NCBI GenBank assembly: GCA_012295275.1
Contig: CM022667.1
Location: 16,926,001-16,990,000 of the forward strand
From: Chrysomallon squamiferum
Taxonomy: Eukaryota > Animalia > Mollusca
Direction of reading: 5' to 3'
DNA length: 64,000 nucleotides
Position numbers and translations under genes: made by a program
Shown: in pieces, positions 27,882 through 48,242 of the stretch
Numbering within the stretch: the stretch's first letter is position 1
Layout: each line of letters starts with the position of its first letter
Notes under the pieces: generated by a model
What the model was told of the DNA's origin: nothing
The model's input: only the letters and a program-made list of their open reading frames with translations
The model's database searches: none

Positions 27882-29270
27882 CATCATCATCATTATTACT
27901 ACTATTATTACTAATATTACTAAAGCAAATTCTAAAATTAAATGATACATGTTGATGGTATATTATTCTAAATACTGGCAAAAGGATTTTTTTTTTTATT
28001 AATACTGTTTATAATTATATTTATTACTAATGTGAAATAGATTTAGAAACAGTCATCACTTATAATATTCTTCCTAAATCATGACTAAAATGAAATAAAG
28101 GACAAAAAATATTTCAGTTGATGTTTCTATGATTTTCTAAGAGAGCGTCTTCGGAATGTGTATACATTAGTGATGGCTTGTGAATCTGTTTCATAAATTT
28201 AATAAACATAATCAGAAATGAATATCCTGCCAAATAGTTATTTGGAGCAAGCGAGAATTTTTGGAGACTTGATTTGTATGTAGATATACATAAATAAAGA
28301 AAGGGGACATTCCATGTCAAATCACCCATTCCTTTTAATCCCACCGTCTTCGATTCTACTGAAATTTGGCGTGTAGGATCGCAAATATCAGCTGTTAGAT
28401 GCTGGCCCTCGAATCCTGACATTTTGGCCAAAGGCGTTGATAACTCGATGAAAGTGGTATCAGTGAAAAGCTAATTTGATGAGGATTCTAAAACTGTCAT
28501 TCCTTAACCAAGCTATTTCACTTTTAGTTTGAACTTGAATATGACGTTGTGGCCATAAGACAACTGAATTCCATGATGTTACCTACAACATATATGAAAT
28601 CATAGACTGTATATTTGTAGTTTAATATTAAAATATACTTAAAGTGGACATTTCTAACTATAAAACGTAAATTTTGGCCCTTCTAATGCATTAACGTACA
28701 CTAAATACCTAATTTACAACAGGCTCGTAATTTTCGTTTATGTAAATTTGGTGGTAGCAAAGATTGATGAAATGGTTCTTCTAACGTCTTTTATAAAGAA
28801 GTAAAATTATGGCACGTCTTCCTCGTGCATCAAAGTGCATTTTGTGTACATTAATGCTTAGACGAGTCAAAATGGACATACTATATCCACTTTAAGTGTA
28901 ATTTACTACTAAACTGCAAATATTACTACTGGATTTTTTATATGTTGGATGATCTGATACGGAATGACTGAACGAGTCGATATGTATATCCGCATGTATT
29001 AAATTATCTCCATGTGTACTTTCGTCTACATCTCCCATCTTCGTCTTCGTCTACATTACTTTTGCTACTTCCCAGCTCTTTTTCTGGACTGTCCTGAACC
29101 CGCTCCAGTGGCCAATGCTTACCGAGTGTGGAAAGGAGGATCTCCAGGAAGTGACGTCACGTATAAATGTGTGTACGGCTATCAACATACTTCTGGTGAT
29201 CTGGTCAGAACATGTGATGGTGACAGTGGAACATTTTCTGGAACTGAACCGGTTTGTACACGTAAGTTTA

Positions 29271-29315
<45 letters not shown>

Positions 29316-29398
29316 GCTGTTGTTGTTGATGTTGTTTTTGTTGTTGTTGCTGTTGCCGTTGTTAGTTTATCATTATTATTTTAATGCAGCCGTAATCG

Positions 29399-29445
<47 letters not shown>

Positions 29446-29802
29446 ATTATCAACATCATTTTGACCATCATCATCAATATTATTAGCATTGCTGAGTTAT
29501 TGTTGTTGTAGTCGTATGTGATCAACCTGCTAACGTAACTGGTGCTGACTTCGTCGTTACTAAACTACCTGACCAGAGAGATACAGCCACCTACCAATGC
29601 TGGGACGGGTACACTGCACATAAATACACAGAGACACGAAACTGCAGCGAAGAGTTTGGAAACTGGGACGGCATGCCTTTGATGTGTTCAGGTAATTTGT
29701 TATACTCTTTCTAATTAAGGTAATAGGTATTTCTGAACTAAACAACCCGTGTAATATGATTGAAGTCTTGATCCTTTTCAACCAGTTATTTTTTTTTATT
29801 AT

Positions 29803-29834
<32 letters not shown>

Positions 29835-31171
29835 CATTTTTAAACATTACGCTCGTTTAATTTATTTAACGTCAGTTTGCTTCCACAAAAGTGAAATCTA
29901 CTAAACACCAGATTCACTGCAATAAATCTCACTACATTTCTGTTACTAAATATATTCATTATAGAATAAGCTTATATTTTACTTCACTTTGGTAACAATA
30001 AACGAATACAATTTAAAAACACTTGGCGCCGCCATCTTATTCTGTACGTAACGTCAACACACAGAGATTCTCTAACGTTGTCAGAGAGAAATAAAAAGTA
30101 AAAACTGACATCTGTCAATCTGTCGTGCACGCGACGACCCCAGTTGTGAAGACGTTGGCGGCGCTTAAATATTTTGAAATATTATTATTTTATTATAGTA
30201 GTTTGTCTTTCAGAATAATTAACAATAACAAACTGGACTTGAATTTTTTTTTTTTTTTTTTATCATTGGTTTTTGTATTACATCATGTAAACATTAATCA
30301 GTTTCTATGAATTGTTTTAATATTAACTCATATTCACGCATACCATTATGAATGTAATAATTATTTCGTATCTTGTTTCTAAAATTTTGAATTATCTGAT
30401 CTAGGACTGTATTATGGCATGAAGTTTGAAATGGTAGCTGTAGAATGACACATAGAAAACTTTCTTTAATATTAACGTTTAATTATTAGGTGCTATAAAC
30501 CTGACAGCCAGCAATCACGTGATAACTCAGAGCTCTACTAAAAGTGGACAGTGCTACAGAACCAATGATGAATTAAAGCCGTGGTTGAGGCTGTCGTTCA
30601 AATCAACTGTGTACTTCATCCACAACGTAGAAGTGTACTTCGCATCTAACAGTAAGTAAAATTTTATTTTAAATGTTCATTAGAAACAAATGTAATTATT
30701 CTTTTTTGCATTAAATAAAACATCGCTCTTTTGTTTTATTGTCCTACTATATTATTTGTCGTGAAACACTAACCTTGTGTACAGTATTTAACACGTGTTA
30801 TTTATCCGATTAATACTTTTTAATTCGATTAAGACTCTAAATCCTATGATAACTTTGAAGCTGATAAACTTATGTTATTTTGTTATGTTTTCTTGTTTAA
30901 TAATAACAGTCAATGGAAATGAAAAATGATCAGTTATTTTATAGCCTTTACTGATAACAATTTATAAATTTGTTTAATTCATGGTGTTTCTCTTTTTATT
31001 TTTCTCTTAATTATTTATTAGTTACATAAAAATTTCATTTCTGAACTAAGTCGAACATCCTTTCTGTTCTCTTTAATCTTCTGACTTCTGTACGTTTTTG
31101 TTTTTTGTTGTTTTGTAGCTCTTCTTCTTCTCCTCCTTCTTCTTCTTCTTCTTCTTCTTCTTCTTCTTCTT

Positions 31172-31233
<62 letters not shown>

Positions 31234-32958
31234 TATTACTACTACTACTACTACTACCACTACTACTGTATCAAATTACAAAGAATTTTTCTTAGATGAT
31301 ATTTGCTTTTTTGAAAAAAGAAGTACTTCGTCCATTGCCGTCCAAGGTGGAAATCGTCCTGCACGTGTTGTGAGAAGTGTGTTGGCTCTTCATTATTTAG
31401 ATGTGGCTGTAGTTTCTCAGTCTTGATTCTGTTCTTGTTATTCCATTTTATTTTATTTTTCTTCAGAATCTAATAATAACAATATAGAGATATTTATAAT
31501 AAAATACGGAAAATCTTCCAAATGTGAGATAGACAGCTTTAGTACGTCTCCTCCTGTGATGAAAGTCAACTGTAGCGGCCTGGCAAAGGCAGTTGAAATA
31601 AAGGCAGAATATAAGACTCCAACATCTCTTGAAATATGCAACGTAAACTTGTATGGACTGGAACATAAGTGTGAGTAAATAAGCACTGGAACATAAGTGT
31701 GAGTAAATAAGCACTGGAACATAAGTGTGAGTAAATAAGCACTGGAACATAAGTGTGAGTAAATAAGCACTGGAACATAAGTGTGAGTATGATGGCAGAA
31801 AGTAAAAAAATACAAACAAGCAGTATGTCAGTTAGATAAGCAATTCTGATAATATATATATATATTTTTTTTTTATTGATTCATAGCAGTTTCAACTGTG
31901 AAATATAAAAATAAAATACGAACACACACACATACACACACACACACATACATAGGCATATACATATAAAATAAAATAAAATAAAAAATATTTAAGAGAA
32001 TTTTAGGAAATTTTTATAAAAAAACATAATTATCGTTGTTATTTCTCAAAAAACAAAATTAATCTTTGTTCTTTCATCATCTTACAGCTGGATGTGATAG
32101 ACCTGGTCTAAAACTATTTTCCCGTTCCAAATATACTTCTAAAGATTATGGAGCTACCGCCAGATACCAGTGTGAGGAGAATGCAGGATATCACTACCGA
32201 AAAGGAACCATTGACGTAAAATGTGCTGGTCAGTTCAGCAAATGGACAAATCTATCAATCTGGTGTTTTAGTGAGTTTGTTTAGACTACTTATCAATATC
32301 TTGAGCAGAAGAGAGAAAGACAGAAAATGAGAGTTATTTCTTTAGTCATTTTAGAAATTAAAGGATGTTTTTAATTCTCATTACATACTACAGAAAAACT
32401 GACTACATCTACGTTATTTTTGTTTGTTGTTTGTTGTTTCTTTTTTTGGGGGGTTGTATTATTATTTCAAGCGTTATATTTAATTATTATTAGATTAAAA
32501 GCTTCTCAGTCATTTCGCTATTAAGTAGTTTGATTACCATTTGACAGTATATATTTGAAATATTACACAGGACCAGTGGTAGTTCTAGCAGGGAATAACA
32601 TTTCTTATTCAAATGATTCAACTGCTGTTTGGGATTTTGGTAAAAATTATCAAGTACGAAGAATCCGTTTCGACCTAAATAAAAAAGGTTACAATTTGTT
32701 TTATAATGTATGAATAACTGAAATGAAATATTTTCACATTAAAAACAAATATCTTACACACATACATATACAAATACACTCACATATAAATGCCAAACAT
32801 ACACACACACACACACACTCATACACACAAAACGCACATAAACATACACATACACATATTTACATACATGTGATAATGATGACGAAAGCGTGTTTTAATG
32901 AATTTTTAACTTATTCCAAATCAAACAAATAATTATATAAAGCAATGAATGAATAAGA

Positions 32959-33008
<50 letters not shown>

Positions 33009-33662
33009 CAAAGTAAAATTTATTTTAAAATGTGTCCAAAAAGGTATTCATTATTTTATTGATTTAATTTCAGAGAATGTATATAAATGGAAATTAGCCA
33101 TGAGTATGAATGCTCAAGATTGGCCACTGAAGTATTTTCGAAAAGAGGTTGTAAAACTCTTTGATAAGCAAGTACATTTTCACTCGCCATTGTTTCCAGT
33201 TGGGCGTTATATTATTTTGTTCACTGGTAACAAGAAAAAGACGCCGAAATATTCCAAGTTCGTTTTGAAGATATTTGGAAGTCTGGAAGGTGAGATCAGA
33301 CAGTGTTATGTTATATTCCTTAAACAGGCCTGAATTTGAAATAATGGGATTCTCCGCATACTGAAACACACTCTTCCAAGTTCAACGTTAATTTTAAAAA
33401 TAGTTTGATGTTTGGAATGTAAGATTATAATATATTTTAATGTATATCTCAAACAGTATAGGATCTTGTAAGTTTGGGGTTCTATTTATTGCGGATGATA
33501 CCATTTAAAGTTCCGACTTATTCCAAGTTTAACGTGAAGATATGTGGAGGTTTTGGAGTAAAGTTAAAAACTGTTAAATTATAATTCTCAAGAAAGCCCA
33601 GAATGTGACTTGAGTGAAGTTTCACTTATACTGGAACATATTCAAAACCCATTTACTCATTT

Positions 33663-33699
<37 letters not shown>

Positions 33700-34609
33700 T
33701 AAATATTTACAAATGTATATATACACTTATATATGATTTTATTTATTTATTTATCATATTTATTTATTATTCTGAAGATACACACAGAGATTTATTTAAT
33801 TATAATGATTGTAAGCGAAGAAAAATAATAATACAATAAATTAAAAATAATAAGTAACATGTCTAATCGTAAACACAGCAGGTTTGTGTAAATTTCAGGT
33901 GTAACACGTCAGTGTTTTACAAAAGACGGTCGCGGATTTGTAGGCAAAGTGAACCTCACTTGGAAGGGACACAGCTGCGTGAGGTGGGATGAGGTGCACA
34001 ACCTCACTTTCACCACCAACACGTTTTTTGAGTACAGTCTGAAAGAAGTAGAAAATTACTGTCGTAATCCTGATAGACCAAACCGCAAAAAACCGTGGTG
34101 CTATACTTCAGTCGACAAACACTGGGATTACTGTGCAGTTCTAAACTGTCGTAAGTTAAGTTGTTAATATATGCTAGTTAAATTATTTTTTTATTAATTC
34201 TGGGATTGCGTCAGAAATGTGAACTGTCTATGGATATACAATACAAATATGCGCTAATTAGGTCATTTCATTAACTTTGGGATTAAAGTGAAATTCAAAA
34301 CAGATGTTACGTTGTTAATATGTTTACTTTTGTTATTAGGTTAATAAAAACTTTGAGATTATTTTCAGGTTCTGAATTATCATAAATGATATTGTTTGTG
34401 TGTTATTTAGTTCATTAAAGCTATACTTTAAGATCCTTGTCCAATTTTAAATTGTCGTAAGTAACATGTTTAATATATTTTAGTTTATTATTAATTTTAA
34501 ACCTTTTAGATACTGTCTAATTCTGAATTGTCATAATCGCAATTGCTTCATTTTGTTCCCCTTAATTTTCAATAAACATGGCTTACACATTACTACGACT
34601 ACGACTACG

Positions 34610-34646
<37 letters not shown>

Positions 34647-35315
34647 ATATCATAGCTGTTGCTGCTTCTTCTTCTTCTTGTTCTTGTTCTTCTTCTTGTT
34701 CTTCTTGGTAATAATATCATCAGTTTATACTATATTATTCGTTTTATTCGTTTTTATACCTTTTTCTTCTTCTTGACTTCTTGGTATTCATGCTGTTTTT
34801 TGCATAGGAAGGGACTGCGTCTCAGAAACAGAAGAAGAAATCTTTAATGGAAAAATTTCAAAAACGAAATCAGGTCAGACGTGTCAAAATTGGCGTGAAG
34901 ACAAACCACACAAACATCACTTCAAACTGCACGCACAGTTTCCAGATCGACACAACAACCACAACTACTGTCGCAATCCGCTGTTATCACAGACACGTCC
35001 TTGGTGTTTTACTACAAACAGCTCTCTGAGATACGAGGCCTGCGATATACCGAGCTGTCGTAAGTACTCGTGATGGCGTAAAAAATGTTAAACTAACCGA
35101 TGTACTAAATAAAGTATAATGTATTAATCTCTCTTAGGCTTAAAATATACCGTCGTGTCTTAAATATTTGTTATATTAAGGGACATTATAATGTTTTTTG
35201 TTCGCTATTTTCTATAAAATTATACAGAAAGCGTTATATGAAACGAAGGATATTTATATATGTTTATATTTATATATTTAAACATATATATGTATATATT
35301 TAAACATATATATAT

Positions 35316-35346
<31 letters not shown>

Positions 35347-36997
35347 TTATACATATATATATATATATAAAGCAGTGATTATATATTTCTTTTTTCAGCT
35401 ACGCATTTTGACGTATTCTCAGCCAGTGTTGACAATGCCACGAGTTTAGGGCAGTTCGAAAATCAAATTTCATGCTGGTTCTGGAGGGACGGTCTGACGG
35501 TTAACCAGTGGAGACTGTCTCACATTCATAAGCACTGTTCATCAAGGTCAGTCGTGGTTGTTGCCTGCGTTGCTCTGAATGGAGGCGAATTCAACTGGAA
35601 ATACGTCATTTTGGATTGCAGTAAGTATCACTATTCGCTTTCAGTCCTAGGCTGTATGATTTGCAATAACGGTTTTAACGTTCTTGCCGTTATTTGACGA
35701 GATCTTTTGTCAAACAGTGTCCAGTATCCAGGGGTTTATTCGTACCAAATATTAGAATATCTATCCACTTTTTAAAAATGATTATCAAACTATCAAATGA
35801 AAATAAAATAAAATATTTTTCACTAACCTGAAGAGTTGATATTATCATCCCTTTCTTGAATTTTTCAGAATCAATTTCCACAACGACTTCGACGGCAATT
35901 CCATTAACGTCAAAAACCACATCAACTACGTTAGAAACAACATCTTCTGTTGAAATCACAGTACCAGAGACAACAATGACAACTACAAATATAGTTGATT
36001 CATCGACAGAAATTGTTGATGTATCGACAGTGAAAACCAGTGCCGAGGAAACAACAACAACAACAACAGACGAATCAACAACAGCCGAACAGGCGAAGAC
36101 AACTACAGCTTTTAAAACGGTGACGACAACGACGGCGTTTGAATCAACGCTTACCACTGTTGATGAGTCTACGTCTATCGCTGCTAATGAAACAACAATT
36201 ACTACTTTTGAAGAACCAACCACAACAACTACTGATGAAACAACAACAGCTACTACTGAGGGGACAACCACAACAACTATTGATGAAACAACGACAGCTA
36301 CTACTGAGGGGACAACCACAACAACTACTGATGAAACAACAACAGCTACAGATGAGGGGACAACGACAACAACTACTGATGAAACAACAACAGCTACAGA
36401 TGAGGGGACAACCACAACAACTACTGATGAAACAACAACAGCTACAGATGAGGGGACAACGACAACAACTACTGATGAAACAACAACAGCTACTGGTGAT
36501 GAAACAACGACAACAACTGTTGATGAAACAACGACAACTACTGATGATGAAACAACGACAACTACTGTGGACGAAACAACTACAACCACAGCTGAAAGAA
36601 CAACGACAACTTCTGTTGACGAAACAACTACAACCACAGCTGAAAGAACAACGACAATCACTGTTGACGAAACAACGACTAATGCAGCAGATAAATTAAC
36701 CAAACCCACCACAGCTGATTCCACAGTCAGTGAAAATGGATCAACGACACCAGTAACAGGTGAATCATCTACGACTATAACAGATGAATCAACTACGACT
36801 ATAACAGATGAATCAATTACGACTATAACAGATGAATCATCTACGACTATAACAGACGAACTAACACCAGTCACTTCAGAAGAACCCACAACTACAACCA
36901 CAACACGTGGAACAAGAGCAACTACTATAAATGAATCAACAACTTCTATTGCAGGTGAATCAAGGATACCTGGAGACTGTATGAAGGGTGAACAAGT

Positions 36998-37082
<85 letters not shown>

Positions 37083-37840
37083 CGTGCGTATGAGTTCGCG
37101 CGCATTGGCGATGTACAGCTATCAGCATGTAAAAAATCTAATGCAATATTTTCTTACGTTAATATTTTTACCTTTAATATCAGGGTTAATTATTTACATG
37201 AATTGTTTTTAAAACTGTCGATTATTTACAAATAACATAATGTTGCAACGATGCAGTAATAACATAACAAAAATAGAAAAAAGTCATAAGATATAATGAA
37301 TGATTCTACCGGATTTTTATTTCTTTTCTTTTTCCTTTCGATAAAGCAAACAATACAAAAAGAAGTGAAACGACCACTACAAGGGAAGCTACAGTCGGTC
37401 GTAGTTCTGAAATCACTGATCCACCCTATCTACGAGCGTCCACAACGCTGCTTTCGTCAACAACAGCAACAACAACACCAGATCACATCAGAGATTCATG
37501 TCTCAGTCGATCAAACATGGCAAACTCCGATACTGTAACAGTCTGCAATTGTAAACATGAATCCCTCTCCTATGATTTAGATCGGATGAGACAACAGGCC
37601 TACCTGTCAACGAGACACCTCATCCTCAACAAACGAAACCTGACAAAGTACAAGCGACAGCTCTGCAGTGTTCCAGACAAAAGACCTGTCTCTGTCTCAA
37701 TTGGAACCTCGTCCTTGATTCTTCTCGTTTTCGTCGCAGCTTTTATAATCATCACAGATTTTATGAGATTTGTTCGCTGGACATCAGGAAAAGATGCGTT
37801 TCGACATTTGGGAAAACGAAGCAAATTTAATAGAAGATAG
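27374..37840 (+). CDS. Type I membrane Sushi/F-lectin-like/Kringle/mucin mosaic protein, gene D, inverted paralog of gene C, 13 exons, intact
   Basis: Exons: 27374-27428 SP; 29076-29261 Sushi; 29512-29691 Sushi; 30490-30651 + 31467-31670 F-lectin-like; 32088-32270 Sushi; 32571-32687 + 33074-33289 F5/8-like; 33899-34150 Kringle; 34808-35059 Kringle; 35399-35620 4-Cys domain; 35869-36954 acidic Thr/Glu/Asp mucin; 37347-37840 CxC-LNKRNLTKYKRQ..SVPDKRP-TM-tail. All introns are phase-1 GT-AG and the frame is continuous. Confidence 0.88.
28563..28970. mobile_element. Degenerate foldback/MITE-like element with inverted arms of about 140 bp, intron 1 of gene D
   Basis: TATTTGTAGTTTAATATTAAAATATACTTAAAGTGGA (about 28612-28648) pairs with TCCACTTTAAGTGTAATTTACTACTAAACTGCAAATA (about 28886-28922). 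Imperfect complementarity extends inward and outward. Confidence 0.65.
31657..31789 (+). repeat. 28-bp tandem repeat (ACTGGAACATAAGTGTGAGTAAATAAGC), about 5 copies, spanning the exon 5 donor of gene D
   Basis: Four full copies and one partial copy; the first overlaps the exon/intron junction at 31670/31671. Confidence 0.93.
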
Positions 37841-38872
37841 TCATTTGTTGTCTTACGCATTCTTTCGAAATAAAATAACGTTAAAATATGTTGTTTCAGT
37901 GTTTGCCGAGTGAAAACGTAACAGGCCTATAAAGATAGTGATTTCTATTCATGGGTAATTTTATACATTATTTATTAAATATTTTTAAACTGCGACTTCT
38001 ATTTTGGTTTCATTTTATAGTTTAATTATGAAAAATATTGTGATATCTATAGATTCTAATTCTTGTTTATGTTAAGCTGTAAGAAAATTAGAAACTTGTC
38101 TCAGTCGTTTATAATAATAATGCACTAGTCGCCAAACAATTCTGAAATATGTGAACTGAGTAGCTTCACACGAAACATTATCGATTTGTGGTGTGCGCTA
38201 ATTTACAGTTTTACTTTCTGAAGGATTACAAACCACTAACAATGTCTCGTGTTTTGGGGCGGGTATTTTTTTTCTCTTTTCTTTTTCTCTTCTTTCTTTT
38301 TTTCCAAGTATCTGTAATAACGAAACAAAATACTTTTTTTTTTTAATGTTTGAAAACGGCATGTTAAAAAAAAAAAAAATGTCATCTCTGACGCTAAACC
38401 AGATTTACACAAGCTTGAAACAAATCGTGTTATTGTTATATAAAATGATGTCTACATTTTCATACGTCTAATAACGTGCCTGGGTTTTCGTACGAAATAA
38501 ACGATTTTCAAAATATTCTTACAGAAATTTAATAAATATTAATTTCCTTTTTTCATATATCCTTTCTGTTAACACAAATGCGGAACGAAATCTTTATGAC
38601 GGAAAAAAGCACTGGAGATTAACGTTTATAATCTTATTCATTGCTTTAATGTCATTCGTAAAATGTCAAAATACCGTCTCGATAAAATTAAGCTAACTTC
38701 AAGATTTTCTTCTTATTATTCTTTTTTTCTCGTTTTATAAAATTTACATTTTTGTTTCCTCGTCCTATCATTCTTTTTAATGTCTCCGTGAATGTGTGTA
38801 TGCATGTGCGTGTGCGTGTTTTCATTTCTAACGTTTGATTAAGGTGTTATTTTCTTAGTTTTGTTCATACAC

Positions 38873-39037
<165 letters not shown>

Positions 39038-39422
39038 GAAAAGGAAAAATGTAAGTTTTCAGTAAATAAAACAAACAACAGATCAACATAATTACAATAG
39101 ACTTCATATAATAATGAGACAGTGACTTAATTATTCTTCAGATAAACACATAAATTTACAATACAAAACAAAACGAAACAGAAAATATTTATCTTTGTCT
39201 TTCATGTATGCATCATTCAGCACTTGTTATATAAATAAATCTAAAACCTGTATATCTTTATATATATATATATGTTATATATGTGTCTGTCTCTATATTA
39301 GATATATGTGTCCGAATGTATGTGCATGTGTGTGCATATCTATTACTTATGATATAATCCTAAACATACACATACTTATAATTGTATACACGCACGTATA
39401 ACAGTGTCTGTATATGTTAATA

Positions 39423-45189
<5,767 letters not shown>

Positions 45190-45710
45190 GTCTTACACAG
45201 ACTGGGAGAACTCGTTAAGCATACGCGAGTTTTATCTCGTGATAACAGTGACACCTGGCGACTGCAGGCAGTTGCCATCTGGTGACTAAACAGCTACAGT
45301 AAATTAACATTCAACACCATATGAACAGCAAGGTAGTAAAGGTCTCAGACACAATCTCCAGTTTGGAATGTACGATTTACAGTTAATTACGAGTCGCTCA
45401 GACCAAGTCTTATGAGATATTTTTAACCTACCTATTTTCATGCGAATATATTAATTTTTTACATGTATTCTGAAGAAAAAAATGAATTGTATAAATACTG
45501 CAGAAGAATAACAACTGTTTGTATACGATAAGCAGATTGTTAGATAATAGTAAGAATATTATTTTTCGAGAGACTTTATTATTTTTTCTTTCGAATGATT
45601 TGTAAAATAAACAAGCGTTATATTGTATGTTATATAAAAATGTCATTGTTTACGACTAATATTCTGTATTAAAATACACATACGTAAGTACGTACATACA
45701 TACATACATA

Positions 45711-45762
<52 letters not shown>

Positions 45763-46651
45763 GACATTCAGTAAATGTGTCTATTAAAAAAGCGGATCAC
45801 TGTATTACATCATACTGCGAGAAAAAGCCAAACTGACATAGCACCGCACACCCACGCCGATCGATTCAGAAACTTCACTTATATCACTTGTATACTAAAA
45901 TAATACTCACACAACACTGCGGCGACATCTTCATGGTTTCAGAAGTCATTTCATTATTACCGCTATTTCCCGTCGTCTCAGACCGTCTAGAATCGTTTCT
46001 TTTATTTCCCGTCTCATGCAATACCGGCAGGATCTTACATCGTGCTAGGAAACTCGATATAAATAGGTCTGTCAGATACCAGCACAGGTCGCCGTTTTAA
46101 CAACACACAAAGGGCTTTTGCGTAAGCGTTCAGGATATTTTTTTAAAAGTAGCGATAAAGAAAATAATGAAACAGTGTTTTTCGAAAATACTGTTTGAAT
46201 GTTTGCCAAGTGTGTTTATGTGTGAATGGCCAGATCTTGGTTTCTCCGTATTGGATTTGGTTTGTATGCTTCCTTGTTTTCGTTTTTCTTAATGTATATA
46301 TGTATGGGTGTGTCTGTTTGCGTGTGTATTATATGTGTATTTGTATAATGTGTAAGTGTATATATTTATGTGGGTGTGTCTGTGTCTGTTGATGTGTAAG
46401 TATGTGTATGTATATATGTATGTGTATATAGGTATGTATGTGTGTATGTATGTCTGTATGTATATATGTATATGTCTATATACGTGTGTGTGTGTATTTA
46501 TACGTACATACATACATACATACATATATATATATGTACGTGCATAATTATTTATATAGTTATGCTTCAGTGGTTTTTCTATGTGTTTGAATTTTTTCTG
46601 TTTACCTGTTAGTATCAACAGTTCGTTACGAAAACACGTAAATAATGGGTA

Positions 46652-47201
46652 TTTGTACAAGTTAAAACGTGTATTTGTAATTGTGTGACTATGTATCTTT
46701 GTACAAGTTAAACGTGTATTTGTAATTGTGTGACTATGTATCTTTGTACAAGATAAAACGTGTATTTGTAATTGTGTGACTATGTATCTTTGTACAAGTT
46801 AAACGTGTATTTGTAATTGTGTGACTATGTATCTTTGTACAAGATAAAACGTGTATTTGTAATTGTGTGACTATGTATCTTTGTACAAGTTAAAACGTGT
46901 ATTTGTAACTATGTGTCTATGTATCTTTGTACAAGTTAAACGTGTATTTGTAATTGTGTGACTATGTATCTTTGTACAAGTTAAACGTGTATTTGTAACT
47001 ATGTGACTATGTATCTTTGTACAAGTTAAACGTGTATTTGTAACTATGTGTCTATGTATCTTTGTACAAGTTAAACGTGTATTTGTAACTATGTGTCTAT
47101 GTATCTTTGTACAAGTTAAACGTGTATTTGTAATTGTGTGACTATGTATCTTTGTACAAGTTAAACGTGTATTTGTAATTGTGTGACTATGTATCGTTGT
47201 A
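46652..47201. repeat. Minisatellite, 45-46-bp unit (TTTGTACAAGTTAAACGTGTATTTGTAATTGTGTGACTATGTATC), about 12 copies
   Basis: Directly visible head-to-tail tandem copies. Confidence 0.93.
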
Positions 47202-48167
47202 CGTGCATGCGTTTACCTATGTGAAGGCCATAAAGGTGATCGTACATGCGTCTAAGTTTAATCATCCGTGATAATCTTGATATTTACTTTTCTTTGCATA
47301 TATCCGGACTCTTTCTTTTCTTAAACATTGTGTTCCATGCACATGACGACTTGAAATGTCGTTCGGTAACTTTTTTATTTTTTATAATTTTTTATTTTTT
47401 ACATATGTTTCTGCACGTAACATAAAGATGTCACATTTTCTCGAAAAAAAACAAAACTGAATCGCATAGATCCTGCTGAAAACATAACAGGTGTACAGAC
47501 GACTGGAGTGGTCGTGTTGTAAAACGGGTTACCCAGCGACTTGAAGCAGTGGGTAGAAAACAGGATGAATGAGTGAATGAAACAAGGAAGGAATACATCC
47601 ATGAATGAATGCATAAGTTACAACAGCTAACGAATAATGAAAGAATATATGAATGAACGAACTAATGAAGGAAGAAAGGTTAAAAATTAATTAATTAATT
47701 AGAGAATGAACTAAGAAGCAATATATATGAATGAACAAATGAATTAGTGAATGAAAGAACTAAAGAACGAATGAATTAACGTAACTGTTCAACTACTCAT
47801 CAGAACATATTATTAACGGCTGTTAGATGTCAAACATATGATTTACTGTAAAGCTGATGGGTCAGTGCATACATAGGTATTTACGTACGTATACCTGAGC
47901 CTATGTGGATTTGTATGCATGACGGGAGTACAATAGAAAAAAGTGTTAGAGTGTATGTTCCTGCCAGTGCCCCAGACTCAGTGAATCACAGCACTTGAAC
48001 TGATGTTTGGCCTTCGGGAAGTCAAATGCAAAACATATTTTGATGCTAATCGATATGCAGAGCCATAGGTTGCAGCCAGCGGCTTTCACATTTTATTTTT
48101 ATCACGGGCAAAATGATCTGACAACCGTTAATGCTAAAAATAATATATATATACGTCTGATATATAC

Positions 48168-48242
<75 letters not shown>

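Noticed and set aside
28114-28431. 105-aa ORF on - in intron 1 of gene D
   Set aside because: It has no recognisable domain or splice support and overlaps probable repeat-derived sequence.
30022-30170. Short GC-rich inverted repeat with a YY1-like GCCGCCATCTT
   Set aside because: The arms are only about 14 bp, too short to call an element or a regulatory site.
35690-37105. 471-aa Val/Ser-rich ORF on - and the Gln/Leu-rich ORF at 36139-36699
   Set aside because: They are antisense and alternate-frame shadows of the gene D mucin exon.
46652-47201. 45-bp array as a possible CRISPR or coding repeat
   Set aside because: Units are head-to-tail with no spacers and no long ORF.
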